Counted from the stretch's first letter, positions 26,801 through 34,319 are shown. The stretch: DNA of 36,727 bases from a virus (IMGVR_UViG_3300025012_000207:1-36727); one strand, 5' to 3'. The notes: generated by a model not told the origin, from the sequence alone. Translations and numbers: made by a program.

Positions 26801-29284
26801 GGGTCAAATTATACAGCCCAAGAAATAGACGCACAGGATAATGTCAGGAGTGTTGCCAGCCAAGGACTGCGGGACGGGCGGGATGAGTTTGATAAATTGG
26901 TGGCAAAACATAATCGCACCTCCCCCAACATAATGGAGGACGCAGGGGATATCCGGTACTCCAAGTCGTACACGGCATCTGCAACCCCCAACAGCGAAGA
27001 GGCATACGCGCAGAACCGAGCCTATGCCGTAAATCGCAAGGCAGAGGCGATTCGTAGCGTCAAGTCGGTCGGTCGTCAGGTGGTCGCAGGAGTTGACAAG
27101 TTCCTTGGTGCTGTCTCTACTCGGTTGGGAAACATCAATCCGAAACTCCGGGCGAAGGTTAGAGAGTTGGACTTTGCAATCGGCACAGGGCATAGCAAGG
27201 ACGTTAAGGCGGTGCAGGGTCTGCTGAACAAGGCTAAGAAGATGAGCCGGGGCGACTTCGCTGACTGGGATCTGGCGAGGAAGAACAGCGACGCTGACAA
27301 GATAAATGAGTTGGTTGCCAAGTACCGCATGGAGAATGAATACGCGGCATACAGGGAAACGCTCAAGCGGATACGCGATGAATCAATTGCCGTAGGGCGT
27401 GACGTAGGGTTCATCGAAGACTATTCCCCCCGTATCATCAAAGATTCACGCGGATTCTTGGATGCTATCGGCAAGGGACCGGAGCGGGCGAACATCTCTG
27501 ATGCGTTGAAGAAACGGGCTAAGGAGATGGGGATTACCGTTGCTGATATGACACCTGAGATGCAGGCTGATATCGTGGCTAACCTTATCCTTGGCGGCGG
27601 CACGGGACTGTACGCACCGAGCAACACGAAAGAGCGCAAGATAAAGAGCATCCCCCCGGAGTTGAACAGGTATTACATGGGGTCGGATGCTGCTCTGGTA
27701 AGTTATCTCCACAGCATGAGGAAGGATATCGAGGCGCGGAGGTTCTTCGGGCGGATGCCTGAGAATGTTTCCGAGGCGAAGAAAGCATTGCACCAGGCGC
27801 AAGCGAAACTGAGGGAGATTCAGGCAAGCGAGAACCCCGACGAACAGCGGATGCAGGATATCAGGGATAACATCGACTCGTATCAGGCTATCCTCGACAG
27901 GTATAAAACGCAGAGCGACTATAACGACAACATTGCCACATATATCATTGACCTTCTGAAAACTGGCGAGATTGACGGTTCACAGGAGCAAGAGGTAACG
28001 AATATCCTCAAGGCAAGGTTCCACGAAGCAGGCACCAGGGGATTAGTCCAGGCATACAAGAACCTCTCCTACATCGACACGATGGGTTCTTTCACCTCAG
28101 CCATAACACAGATAGGTGACTTCGCATGGACCGCCTACGCTTACGGTCTGCCCTCAGCAATCAAACACGCCTACAAGTCGGTGGCAAAACAGTCACGTAT
28201 AACCAAGGAGGACGTAGGGATTGAGCGCATCGCCCAAGAGTTCGCTGATGCAGGGACACTCAGCAACGTGGTCAACAAGGTCTTCAAGGCAGTACAACTT
28301 GAGAGGATGGACGCTATCGGTAAAGAATCTCTGCTTAACGCGGCACTGGAAAAGTACGAGAAACGAGCCGTATCTGAGCCGGATAAACTGAGAGCGGAGA
28401 TTGACCATATCTTTGAAGAAGAAACCGATTCAGTTATCATCGACCTGCAAAACAAGGCAATCACCGACAACGTAAAACTCCTGGTCTACAGCCGACTCCT
28501 TGACTTCCAGCCTGCCGCACTATCGGAAATGTCAGAGCAATACCTCAAGGCTGGCAACGGGCGATTGTTCTATATGCTCAAAAGTTACACACTGAAGCAG
28601 TTCGATGTGTACCGGAATGAGGCATACAACAAGATCAAGACCGGAGAGCGCAACCAAGTTATCGAAGGGATACGTAACCTTGCCTATCTGTCGATGATGC
28701 TGGTACTGGCTAATGCCGGGGCGGATGAGTTGAAAGACCTGCTGCTCAGTAGGGAAACATCGCTGGAAGATAGGACGGTTGACAACGTGCTGAGATTATT
28801 TGGTGTAAGCAAGTTCGTCACATGGAAGGCCCGGACTGAGGGCGTAGGCTCGGCAATCGCCAAACAGATACTCCCCCCGTTTAAGTTCATCGACAGCGCA
28901 GGCCGCGATATCATGTCAGCAGGCGACGGCAAAGGGCTGAAGTCGCTTGACTCAATCCCCATCGTCGGCAAGTTGGCATACTGGCACATGGGGCGCGGCG
29001 CAAAGAGCAATGAAGAGTTGTGGAACGGCAGACTTGCCAAAGAGCGCAGCAAACTCAGGGATATTAAGGAGCGTGTTGAGGCCGATAGAACCTTGCTGCC
29101 GAAATACCGCGCAGACCTGATGAGGCTGAAGAGAATCGACCGGCTGCAAGGTCAGTTGAACAAGCGGCGGAAGATCGTCAATCGACTGAAGAATTTGGAG
29201 AAGACCACGGGCCGCGACTACTCAAAGCGAATTGATGATATCGAGAAACGGCGTACTGCTATGATACAGGCTTTTCTTTCGTAG
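20879..29284 (+). CDS. large polyvalent internal virion/ejection protein (2801 aa)
   Basis: Gly/Ala-rich hydrophobic N-terminus; HELAH at aa 1220; FKKWFDGSKIVDEDGAPLVLYHAT...FDPTQIKS (ART-PolyVal-like, from aa 1380); IWRDTGWY...WSYEIDDS (LPD23-like); HESQH at aa 1673 with GEAESR; LYRG...GDFLS second ART-like domain (~aa 1890); helical C-terminus. Confidence 0.85.
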   Translation: MANDFDDIFGVKSDEAGAFDDIFDVKPEGGFKASAKQALGATIKGAGQAAADFIPGIGTDNAVKQYGQSVIDANPTAVQGFSDIADKPWTTVKEAVGNAGGSMAGMLGVRALGQGITALSPAAGPLAPVVAGAGQAISWLGPMAIAALPSFGGIRDKQIINDPTAQESAKSKAIAALGAGTVGLIETKFGPQNWALAAMTKEGRAKLAEKFAATTLPKAIGRGALEGSAVEGAEELVQSPVEQIASGDNPLTSESLSETGFGGVMGAVGGGVLGGAMGGISRNMPSEEPAHPPPSGPIGKALQATRTTPALGARQSSQSPESLRNTAAGTEISFAQPPPLESIPQPAIEPPVQELPNAQIQATEDTPTAQPEVNAATDTLQPENTAQGQVEPSKGYKTVSGANKEIKRLGGTKETYEVKKVDDRYYPTPIQPEHQQAEPEATRTTDTIPPRNPSASPGSVRNAAGSAYAGAEVTGNLRESAGAQYQEAPVTGNLRDAGGTSGPEMVNVESAISPGNVENDKPKEISDWFYRLENVLPESDVKSILSGIESGEIYKYVPGLAQYSDEVVSVAKKRLEKLDKDWTEKVASKEAKKEVIAATKGVFGNGDNRERFGVSGKEALDKGMIISASRMGKNGRVVSDGYYASNGSDYDTKKTVTEALAQYHKNAGISAPTNPLTPKVEESGEMVGVKEPWQMSREEYAKNGGDISFSAPSGSGSHRDSVEEAYNRGEKISPKVLKDYPWLSARDAIKPYVKNLGNLSDKELAAEAKKTRNDLNDWANKTPNIINGRVNPELGGQSSFEVSGKMNAVDREIEARKTRQDVTTSAQVVHADTDINAGNVGVDMQGASSAAQEVTESVTSGASPQPSSEKTAPVQPSPPKADEQAAGVNTEYEERERKTHIVADRTKIGNDAKKANMLEAIAEARKQVPPAAPADGFENAKTIAWPKQRTSQGRKWYSLIGDYDLVSDKRGNKWQLYRHEGHVESGFEEKIGEAYDDLNSAKSFAEQYLLGRAKPEGLPHIFKNAGKTYQFEVPNSAYHLDNFEKKVRGAGGIKYSQAAAYFAPETEAFDIINASDTIPPDGRRTDLTPGQRRVVAALEQSGGIDTSLFNPLGLEVNNEQIEIARDLEKVIGDERKVTPWRLPDTLAKKHRSGRVHMGGVPRSDFESAERLAEIFGRKIVWANLGDVFSTNGLIVPNNKLSEYIFIDPRTGIAPHTVYGHELAHHLETSHPQQYQDLYDIVSPLLKDVDKYRDKISFTGNDINLRREIIADLLGDSFDNPSFWNEVAAQSPRKFRKIAAKIRAWIDSLIAKFSARGFGSEQYVTDLKATRKALAKLMVQTMSEKGRAELASGKAGVNSFAQDAKMSLSSAMRKIQNMAAFKKWFDGSKIVDEDGAPLVLYHATRADFNHFEQVPGSDIGFHFGSSPQANGRIESTRGLNHVAGKGKASEYGERLIPVFLAIKNPLRVEDPGYFGVAELLPQLESKGIDLDYVTTPQRLITALKYAGYDGFVYKNENNDEGEGDSYVAFDPTQIKSIFNQTWNPTNPDILASFAGPQAKQADTSALSRAKAMQKSGEARRKIWRDTGWYEIIPGKGQWSYEIDDSLSSVKMKDGYLEDVLTHPKLYADYPQLAKVRVRFEDMGATKRGSFDENKRIVRINSSLPSKEQRSTLTHESQHIIQTEEGFAKGSNPFDKSLPTDTELAERINKRYREQEEKIKQSAEYKKFIDNFVKDFKGERYVASKRTGVKYDKAMNEAEFAAYGEFFLELDEKRALDVIKLLDNASGYTGDRVTSYLTQTGEAESRLVQARLDLTPAQRKAIPPWVTLRRMLEKEGLLKPGQKVEDVLVSGVDKNGQNDTMMSMSRREIADKTKSFRAMGAEVIDGKIILYRGANVSKSVIKKLRYGDFLSATESGKDATGNEGAGGYGKNVVRFELPISDVEISNGEFQYKGESSSLKGGSKYPREIYKAYNDVYGSNYTAQEIDAQDNVRSVASQGLRDGRDEFDKLVAKHNRTSPNIMEDAGDIRYSKSYTASATPNSEEAYAQNRAYAVNRKAEAIRSVKSVGRQVVAGVDKFLGAVSTRLGNINPKLRAKVRELDFAIGTGHSKDVKAVQGLLNKAKKMSRGDFADWDLARKNSDADKINELVAKYRMENEYAAYRETLKRIRDESIAVGRDVGFIEDYSPRIIKDSRGFLDAIGKGPERANISDALKKRAKEMGITVADMTPEMQADIVANLILGGGTGLYAPSNTKERKIKSIPPELNRYYMGSDAALVSYLHSMRKDIEARRFFGRMPENVSEAKKALHQAQAKLREIQASENPDEQRMQDIRDNIDSYQAILDRYKTQSDYNDNIATYIIDLLKTGEIDGSQEQEVTNILKARFHEAGTRGLVQAYKNLSYIDTMGSFTSAITQIGDFAWTAYAYGLPSAIKHAYKSVAKQSRITKEDVGIERIAQEFADAGTLSNVVNKVFKAVQLERMDAIGKESLLNAALEKYEKRAVSEPDKLRAEIDHIFEEETDSVIIDLQNKAITDNVKLLVYSRLLDFQPAALSEMSEQYLKAGNGRLFYMLKSYTLKQFDVYRNEAYNKIKTGERNQVIEGIRNLAYLSMMLVLANAGADELKDLLLSRETSLEDRTVDNVLRLFGVSKFVTWKARTEGVGSAIAKQILPPFKFIDSAGRDIMSAGDGKGLKSLDSIPIVGKLAYWHMGRGAKSNEELWNGRLAKERSKLRDIKERVEADRTLLPKYRADLMRLKRIDRLQGQLNKRRKIVNRLKNLEKTTGRDYSKRIDDIEKRRTAMIQAFLS

Positions 29285-29298
29285 TCTGCTCTATTTGC

Positions 29299-29327
29299 TT
29301 GCTAGGAATTGAGAAACATGGTATAAT
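29299..29327 (+). promoter_or_regulatory. sigma70-type promoter with extended -10
   Basis: TTGCTA-17 bp-TATAAT, preceded by TGn. Confidence 0.75.
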
Positions 29328-29358
29328 GTATCATTTAATGGATTCCTACGTCATTTAT

Positions 29359-29374
29359 GCCTAACAAATAATTG
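29359..29374 (+). repeat. 16-bp near-direct repeat, copy 1 (GCCTAACAAATAATTG)
   Basis: 15/16 identical to 29675-29690. Confidence 0.8.
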
Positions 29375-29386
29375 GAGAACAATAAG

Positions 29387-29668
29387 ATGCCAATGATTAT
29401 AAATAAGCAGACCGCTGCCGATACCCAGTCAATCGTCATCGGTCGCAGTTCATTGCCAAGGACAATAATTGTATCCGGGCTACTCGTTGCTGAGACTATC
29501 GCCGTCAATGTTGTCGATGAGGCTGGCGCGGCGCTCCCTCTCTACTCTGGCGGGTCCGCTGTTACTCTGGGGGCTACGGCTGCCCCACTTGTCCTCACCT
29601 ATCCCATCACTTTGCAATTCGTCAAGCCCATCACTGCTAATGCGGTAGGGGTTCAACTCGCAGATTAA
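29387..29668 (+). CDS. small beta-rich hypothetical virion protein
   Basis: GGAG SD before ATG 29387. Confidence 0.65.
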   Translation: MPMIINKQTAADTQSIVIGRSSLPRTIIVSGLLVAETIAVNVVDEAGAALPLYSGGSAVTLGATAAPLVLTYPITLQFVKPITANAVGVQLAD

Positions 29669-29674
29669 TTTTAA

Positions 29675-29690
29675 GCCTAACAAACAATTG
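29675..29690 (+). repeat. 16-bp near-direct repeat, copy 2 (GCCTAACAAACAATTG)
   Basis: 15/16 identical to 29359-29374. Confidence 0.8.
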
Positions 29691-29699
29691 AGGTAAATC

Positions 29700-30074
29700 A
29701 TGGCTGTCACCTACACATCGGCAGTAAAGCAAGCAAGAATGACCGCAGTAGCCACTGCCATCGACGCAGGGACTGGCGCTGGTTACATTGAGATTGGCAC
29801 CACCGGCATGGCTTCGGTCCTTGCCACCATCCCGTTGACTGACCCTTGCGGCTCGGCATCTGGCGCGGTCCTCACCCTGACAATGCCACACTCCGACACG
29901 GCTGCGGACAATACTGGCACAGCGGCGGAGGCCAGGATCAGGACCAGCGACGCGACCGACATCATCACCGGCCTGACGGTTGGCACGGCGGCAACTGACA
30001 TCATCCTCGACAGTGTGAGCATCACAGCAGGGCAGACCGTAACCATCACGGCGGCAACCATCACTCACGCGTAG
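29700..30074 (+). CDS. tail/fibre-associated protein (likely paralogue of 12635..13099)
   Basis: GAGGT SD; Thr/Ala-rich; TGTAAEARI...LTVGT...SITAGQTVTIT. Confidence 0.75.
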   Translation: MAVTYTSAVKQARMTAVATAIDAGTGAGYIEIGTTGMASVLATIPLTDPCGSASGAVLTLTMPHSDTAADNTGTAAEARIRTSDATDIITGLTVGTAATDIILDSVSITAGQTVTITAATITHA

Positions 30075-30089
30075 ACGAGGTAAAAGCTA

Positions 30090-31064
30090 ATGCCACTATG
30101 GACTCCTGCTGAACTTTCGACGCAGATAATTCAGCAGATTGACCCTGATAACGAGGCTACGCGGACCATCGTCACAGGTTTTTCAGTGCTCAACAATGTG
30201 ATCGGTGGGACGCTCAACTATACCCAAGCCACCACTACAGCACAGCCCGCCCTGGTTACTGCCGAGTTGAACGGCTACGACATAATGCGGCTTGATGCCA
30301 CTAAGATGATGGCCAGCCCGCGTGTGCTGGCCGATGATAATTTTTCCGTATTCTGCATTATCAAGGCCCCAGCCCAGAACAATAAGAACATTCTGGCACA
30401 GCACGCTGGAACGACTGTTTCAGGACGCATGGCACTGTTGGCCTCCGATGATGTTTCTCCCTACAACAAGATCAGGGTTTTTTTTAATAACGGGACTTCC
30501 TACGCGGTTCACGGCACAACGGTTGCCTTTGATTCGACCTGGCACCTTATTTACTCAGAATCAGACGGGGCTGGGCGGACCACGTCTCGGGTAGATGCCG
30601 GGGCGGAGGAAGGAACACTGACCGGCCCGACGTGGACACCCCTTGACACCACGATGCGTTTTGGTGGTATTGGGACTACCGCTGATCTTAGTGCCGATGT
30701 TGCTTACTGGCTGATTACGACCAAACTGTCAGATGGCTACAGGCAGTGTGTTGAGGGGTGGTTATTGTGGCGCTTCGGCCTTGAGGGCAATCTGCCTGCT
30801 GATCATCCGTACAAGTCAGCAGCACCGTCCTCCAAGGTTATTTCAGGCGTTATCACTGATACGACAGGCACCCCCACGGCACGAACCGTCAGGTTCTACA
30901 GGAGAGACACAGGGGCGTTTGTCGGGGAAACGGTAAGTGACGGATCTACTGGGGCGTACTCAATTAATACTGGACCTATCGGAGAGTGCGACGTTGTTTG
31001 TTTAGACGATTCCGCTGGTACGACCTACAACGACCTCATTTTAAGACAAACCCCACCTGTATGA
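30090..31064 (+). CDS. putative receptor-binding protein, LamG/concanavalin-like domain plus C-terminal adaptor domain
   Basis: WTPAEL start, FSVFCII...WHLI, VEGWLLWRFGL..NLPADHPYKSAAP, then ISGVIT...RTVRFYRRDTG...YNDLI. Confidence 0.6.
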   Translation: MPLWTPAELSTQIIQQIDPDNEATRTIVTGFSVLNNVIGGTLNYTQATTTAQPALVTAELNGYDIMRLDATKMMASPRVLADDNFSVFCIIKAPAQNNKNILAQHAGTTVSGRMALLASDDVSPYNKIRVFFNNGTSYAVHGTTVAFDSTWHLIYSESDGAGRTTSRVDAGAEEGTLTGPTWTPLDTTMRFGGIGTTADLSADVAYWLITTKLSDGYRQCVEGWLLWRFGLEGNLPADHPYKSAAPSSKVISGVITDTTGTPTARTVRFYRRDTGAFVGETVSDGSTGAYSINTGPIGECDVVCLDDSAGTTYNDLILRQTPPV

Positions 31065-32029
31065 GTTACACGCCTCCCCCATATAACGAAACTGATTTCA
31101 GTTTCCAAGGCGAGGAAGCCTATACCCCGCCTGCGTATAACGCTACTGATTTCAGTTTCGCTGAGGCAAGTATATCCGGCACACTCGCTGCTACTGAGTC
31201 GGGGGCGGATATACTTTTTGCTACAAATATCGTTTCCGGTACGGTTGTCGCCTCCGAGGCTGGTAGTGATACGGCGGACATTGCAGGCGATGTTCTCATC
31301 ACCGGAACACTCGGAGCAACTGAGACAGGTACAGATACTGTCTACATGCTTGGAGAGGGGGTTACTTCTGCCAATCAAGGAACACTGGCAGGGCAGGAGG
31401 TCGGGGCGGACACAGCGGAGATGACTGGCGACGTCATTGTCTCCGGCACACTCGCAAGCACAGACCAGCCCGACACCGCCTCATTCGCTGGTGACGTTTA
31501 CATCTCCGGCACTGCGGCGGCAACAGAGCAGGGAGCGGACCAACTTGCCTTCTCAGGAACCGTTCTCGTCGTTGGCGCACTGGTCGCGGACGAGAGTGGG
31601 ACCGACTCGGTGATCTTCTCCGGGACTGTAGGGGATGCGCCTGTTTCCGGTACGCTGACGGTTTCTGAGGTAGGGGATGACTCAGTAGCATTCGCCGGGA
31701 CCGTGACTGTTTCAGGAGTGGTCGAGGCGCAGGAATCCCCTGACACGGCAGCATTCTCAGGAACTGTAACCGTAGTCGGCACCCTGACCGCGCAAGAAGT
31801 TGGCAACGATACCGCTGTTTTTCTCTCCCCGCTAGAGATACCCGGCATACTCATAGCGTCTGAATCAGGTGCAGACGCTGCGGTATTGAGGGGAGTGGTC
31901 TACACGGCAATCATCGGGGTAGTAAAAGAATACACGAAGTCAAAACTCGATACTGAGTTTTACCGAGAGAAAGTTAAGACTGAATACCAAAAGTCTAAAG
32001 CAATGACAGAGTTCGCAAGGGGCGGCTGA
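31061..32029 (+). CDS. repetitive fibre-like protein (2x YTPP motif, ~11x 20-25-aa SGTL..E.G.D repeats)
   Basis: ATGA overlap at 31061; repeats read directly from the translation. Confidence 0.75.
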   Translation: MSYTPPPYNETDFSFQGEEAYTPPAYNATDFSFAEASISGTLAATESGADILFATNIVSGTVVASEAGSDTADIAGDVLITGTLGATETGTDTVYMLGEGVTSANQGTLAGQEVGADTAEMTGDVIVSGTLASTDQPDTASFAGDVYISGTAAATEQGADQLAFSGTVLVVGALVADESGTDSVIFSGTVGDAPVSGTLTVSEVGDDSVAFAGTVTVSGVVEAQESPDTAAFSGTVTVVGTLTAQEVGNDTAVFLSPLEIPGILIASESGADAAVLRGVVYTAIIGVVKEYTKSKLDTEFYREKVKTEYQKSKAMTEFARGG

Positions 32030-32328
32030 TGGAAAGTATTACAAAGCAGGCTTATGAAGAGTTTATGGTTGCCGTCTCTTTCGGGGCCAATTTCGCCAGT
32101 GGGGAAGCAATTACTGTGTGCTCTGCTACTGCGACAGATCGGTCAGGGACAGATGCGACGGCAACCGTGACCGACCAGACCACTCTGACTAATGGTGTGT
32201 GGGCAGTGTCGGTCAAGGTCAAGGCAGGAACTGAGGCGAATAGTCCATATAAATTGACATTCCGATGTACTACGTCAGCAGGCCATAAATGGGAGCACGA
32301 CATACAAATGAAGGTGGAAGAGATATGA
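32029..32328 (+). CDS. putative fibre-tail adaptor (Ig-like)
   Basis: ITKQAYE...F...GEAIT...VKVKAGT...YKLTFRCTTSAG pattern; TGATG overlap. Confidence 0.6.
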   Translation: MESITKQAYEEFMVAVSFGANFASGEAITVCSATATDRSGTDATATVTDQTTLTNGVWAVSVKVKAGTEANSPYKLTFRCTTSAGHKWEHDIQMKVEEI

Positions 32329-32408
32329 CCAGCATCATCAACACCCTGCTCGTAGTGCTCGCTATCGAACTGGCGGCGGTGCTGTGGCTGATTGCGGGGC
32401 CGATGTGA
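32325..32408 (+). CDS. 27-aa single-TM microprotein
   Basis: ATGA overlap; MTSIINTLLVVLAIELAAVLWLIAGPM fills the gap to the next SD. Confidence 0.5.
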   Translation: MTSIINTLLVVLAIELAAVLWLIAGPM

Positions 32409-32424
32409 AAATTAAGGAGTGCAA

Positions 32425-32799
32425 ATGAAAACGAGAATCTTAGCAATCATCTTAGCAATCACACTACTGATGGTATCGCCCTTTGCCCAAGCAGCGAATA
32501 GGTCCGTAACGGTCGAGTGGGGATACGATTCAACCGCTTCCGACTTGGCAGGATTTGTGCTGTACAAGGACGGGGTGAAACTTGCCACCTTCAATGATCC
32601 AGTAGCTAGGAAATACTCAGGGGATATTGATATCTCAGATGCCGATGCCTGTTACACGCTGACGGCAATTGACAAAGGGGGCAACGAAACCCCACACTCT
32701 CCATGCTATCATTACGACCCTGCGCCTGACGGCACTCCGGGTAATCTGCGGGTTACGGTCGTGGTTGACGTAGTGGTACAAACTCCGGTGGTGAAATGA
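32425..32799 (+). CDS. exported FN3/Ig-like protein
   Basis: AAGGAG SD; Sec signal ending AQA; VTVEW...DLAGFVLY...YTLTAIDKGGNET..S...PGNLRV. Confidence 0.75.
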   Translation: MKTRILAIILAITLLMVSPFAQAANRSVTVEWGYDSTASDLAGFVLYKDGVKLATFNDPVARKYSGDIDISDADACYTLTAIDKGGNETPHSPCYHYDPAPDGTPGNLRVTVVVDVVVQTPVVK

Positions 32800-33290
32800 A
32801 ACTCCATATATTTTTTCTATTATGCCTAACACTTATTTTCTGCGGATGCTCGGACGGCGACAAACCCAGCGCTTCAGCCTCCGACACATCGCAGGTCTAT
32901 AACCCTGGCGCACAGGACGACGATGACCGAACCCTCAACGAGCCTGATTCCGACTACGAGGCGGATGGTATCGTTGACGGCGACGCGGTATCCGTAGATG
33001 AGGGCATGGGCGATGAATACGGGTCGTATGCCTATCGCGGTATTGGTTCATTCAAGCCGTATGGACTAAGGAACGGAGGAAGGTCGGCCTGGCGTATCCC
33101 CGGTCCTATGTCACGATTTGGCAAGGTATGCAAGGTTACGTTCTCATCTGGCGGGACGTATTTCGTTCGGGCGCAGAAGGCTAATCGAAGCCGCAAAGGA
33201 TTTGTGTGGAAGAAGGGGTCTCACGGTGGGGCATACATACACAGCCGCTATGGTGTCCATCCTCAGTACGTAAACATATCATGCAGGTAA
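32796..33290 (+). CDS. lipoprotein, acidic N-half and basic C-half
   Basis: Signal peptide with lipobox-like FCGC; ATGA overlap. Confidence 0.65.
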   Translation: MKLHIFFLLCLTLIFCGCSDGDKPSASASDTSQVYNPGAQDDDDRTLNEPDSDYEADGIVDGDAVSVDEGMGDEYGSYAYRGIGSFKPYGLRNGGRSAWRIPGPMSRFGKVCKVTFSSGGTYFVRAQKANRSRKGFVWKKGSHGGAYIHSRYGVHPQYVNISCR

Positions 33291-33294
33291 GATT

Positions 33295-33903
33295 ATGAAA
33301 ACACTCATCGCACTATTCGCACTCGTAATGTTGACCGGCTGCGGCCTTCACAATTTTGAAGCAGGAGATGGCATTCTCCAAGTCGAGATGGACAAAGATG
33401 CTGCAAGGGTCGCTTGCTATCAGGCACAAAGCAAACCTGACTACTCTAAGTTGTCAGACATGGCAATTGTTATGATCGAGCAGCAGAAAGCCACGGCGCA
33501 ACTCGTCAGCGCATTGACCGGTAAGAGCGTTGACCCATGTTCAGGTGGAACGAACCTCAACGATGTGTTGATAGCCGACTCCAACAACCGTAACGAATCA
33601 CTGCGCAGCATTACCGGCACAGTGGCGGGGGTTGCTAAGTTCGGTCTTGGCGTGTGGGGCGCAACTGAAGTCATTGATTCAATCGGGAAGAACGCAGGCA
33701 GCACCAGCAACGTGACCACCGAGGGCGGCGATTCTACAATCTCCAACAGCCGCACGAACACTGAGACGGTGACAAGGGTAACGAATACGGGCGAAGAAGG
33801 CACCGCGACGACTAGCGGCGGATACTCGGAGACACCAGTAGACACTGTGGTTGACGAGCCGATTGAGACATCAGATGAGACTCTGACGGTATCCGAAGAC
33901 TAA
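33295..33903 (+). CDS. lipoprotein
   Basis: MKTLIALFALVMLTGC lipobox; glycine-rich hydrophobic stretch and Thr/Ser/Glu-rich tail. Confidence 0.75.
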   Translation: MKTLIALFALVMLTGCGLHNFEAGDGILQVEMDKDAARVACYQAQSKPDYSKLSDMAIVMIEQQKATAQLVSALTGKSVDPCSGGTNLNDVLIADSNNRNESLRSITGTVAGVAKFGLGVWGATEVIDSIGKNAGSTSNVTTEGGDSTISNSRTNTETVTRVTNTGEEGTATTSGGYSETPVDTVVDEPIETSDETLTVSED

Positions 33904-34100
33904 TGGCCGTCTTCCCCCACTGCCAGCACAGGGGGATGAATGGTTGCAGATGCCCTGTGTGCAACATGCCAAATGAGGCTACGCATGAGCGAAGACCCTT
34001 ACGGCCCTCCCCCCGGCGACAAGATAATATCGGTGACGGTGGATGTGTTCAAGGTGTGGAGACTGCTGCAACGGTGGGCGAGAAGGAAGGAAGAGGCTAA
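33903..34100 (+). CDS. small Cys-rich hypothetical protein
   Basis: TAATG overlap; competes with ORF 33985..34146 in another frame. Confidence 0.35.
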   Translation: MAVFPHCQHRGMNGCRCPVCNMPNEATHERRPLRPSPRRQDNIGDGGCVQGVETAATVGEKEGRG

Positions 34101-34146
34101 GAGATGCGGAAAATTGACTACGACGAACTTGAAACCGAAAGAATAG
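33985..34146 (+). CDS. small hypothetical protein
   Basis: GAGG SD 6 nt before ATG 33985; overlaps both neighbours. Confidence 0.4.
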   Translation: MSEDPYGPPPGDKIISVTVDVFKVWRLLQRWARRKEEAKRCGKLTTTNLKPKE

Positions 34147-34307
34147 CAGGTATTCAGCATGTCAGGGACCGGCATTGCAAGGCTAAGGGTATGGAGTGCT
34201 ACGTGTGCGTGTCAGGTGTAATTAAGCCATCGTGTGACCATTTCGTACATCTGCATGATGGGTTTCGATGCGATGAGCGGAGCATACCTTTTGAGATGCT
34301 GAAATAA
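34104..34307 (+). CDS. small Cys/His-rich hypothetical protein
   Basis: GAGG SD; C-x5-CYVC...C...C. Confidence 0.55.
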   Translation: MRKIDYDELETERIAGIQHVRDRHCKAKGMECYVCVSGVIKPSCDHFVHLHDGFRCDERSIPFEMLK

Positions 34308-34319
34308 AAGGAGACGGTA

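Noticed and set aside
31067-31159. YTPP duplicate as a DGR template/variable repeat pair
   Set aside because: Only 39 bp, in-frame tandem, differences not adenine-specific, and no reverse transcriptase in the window.
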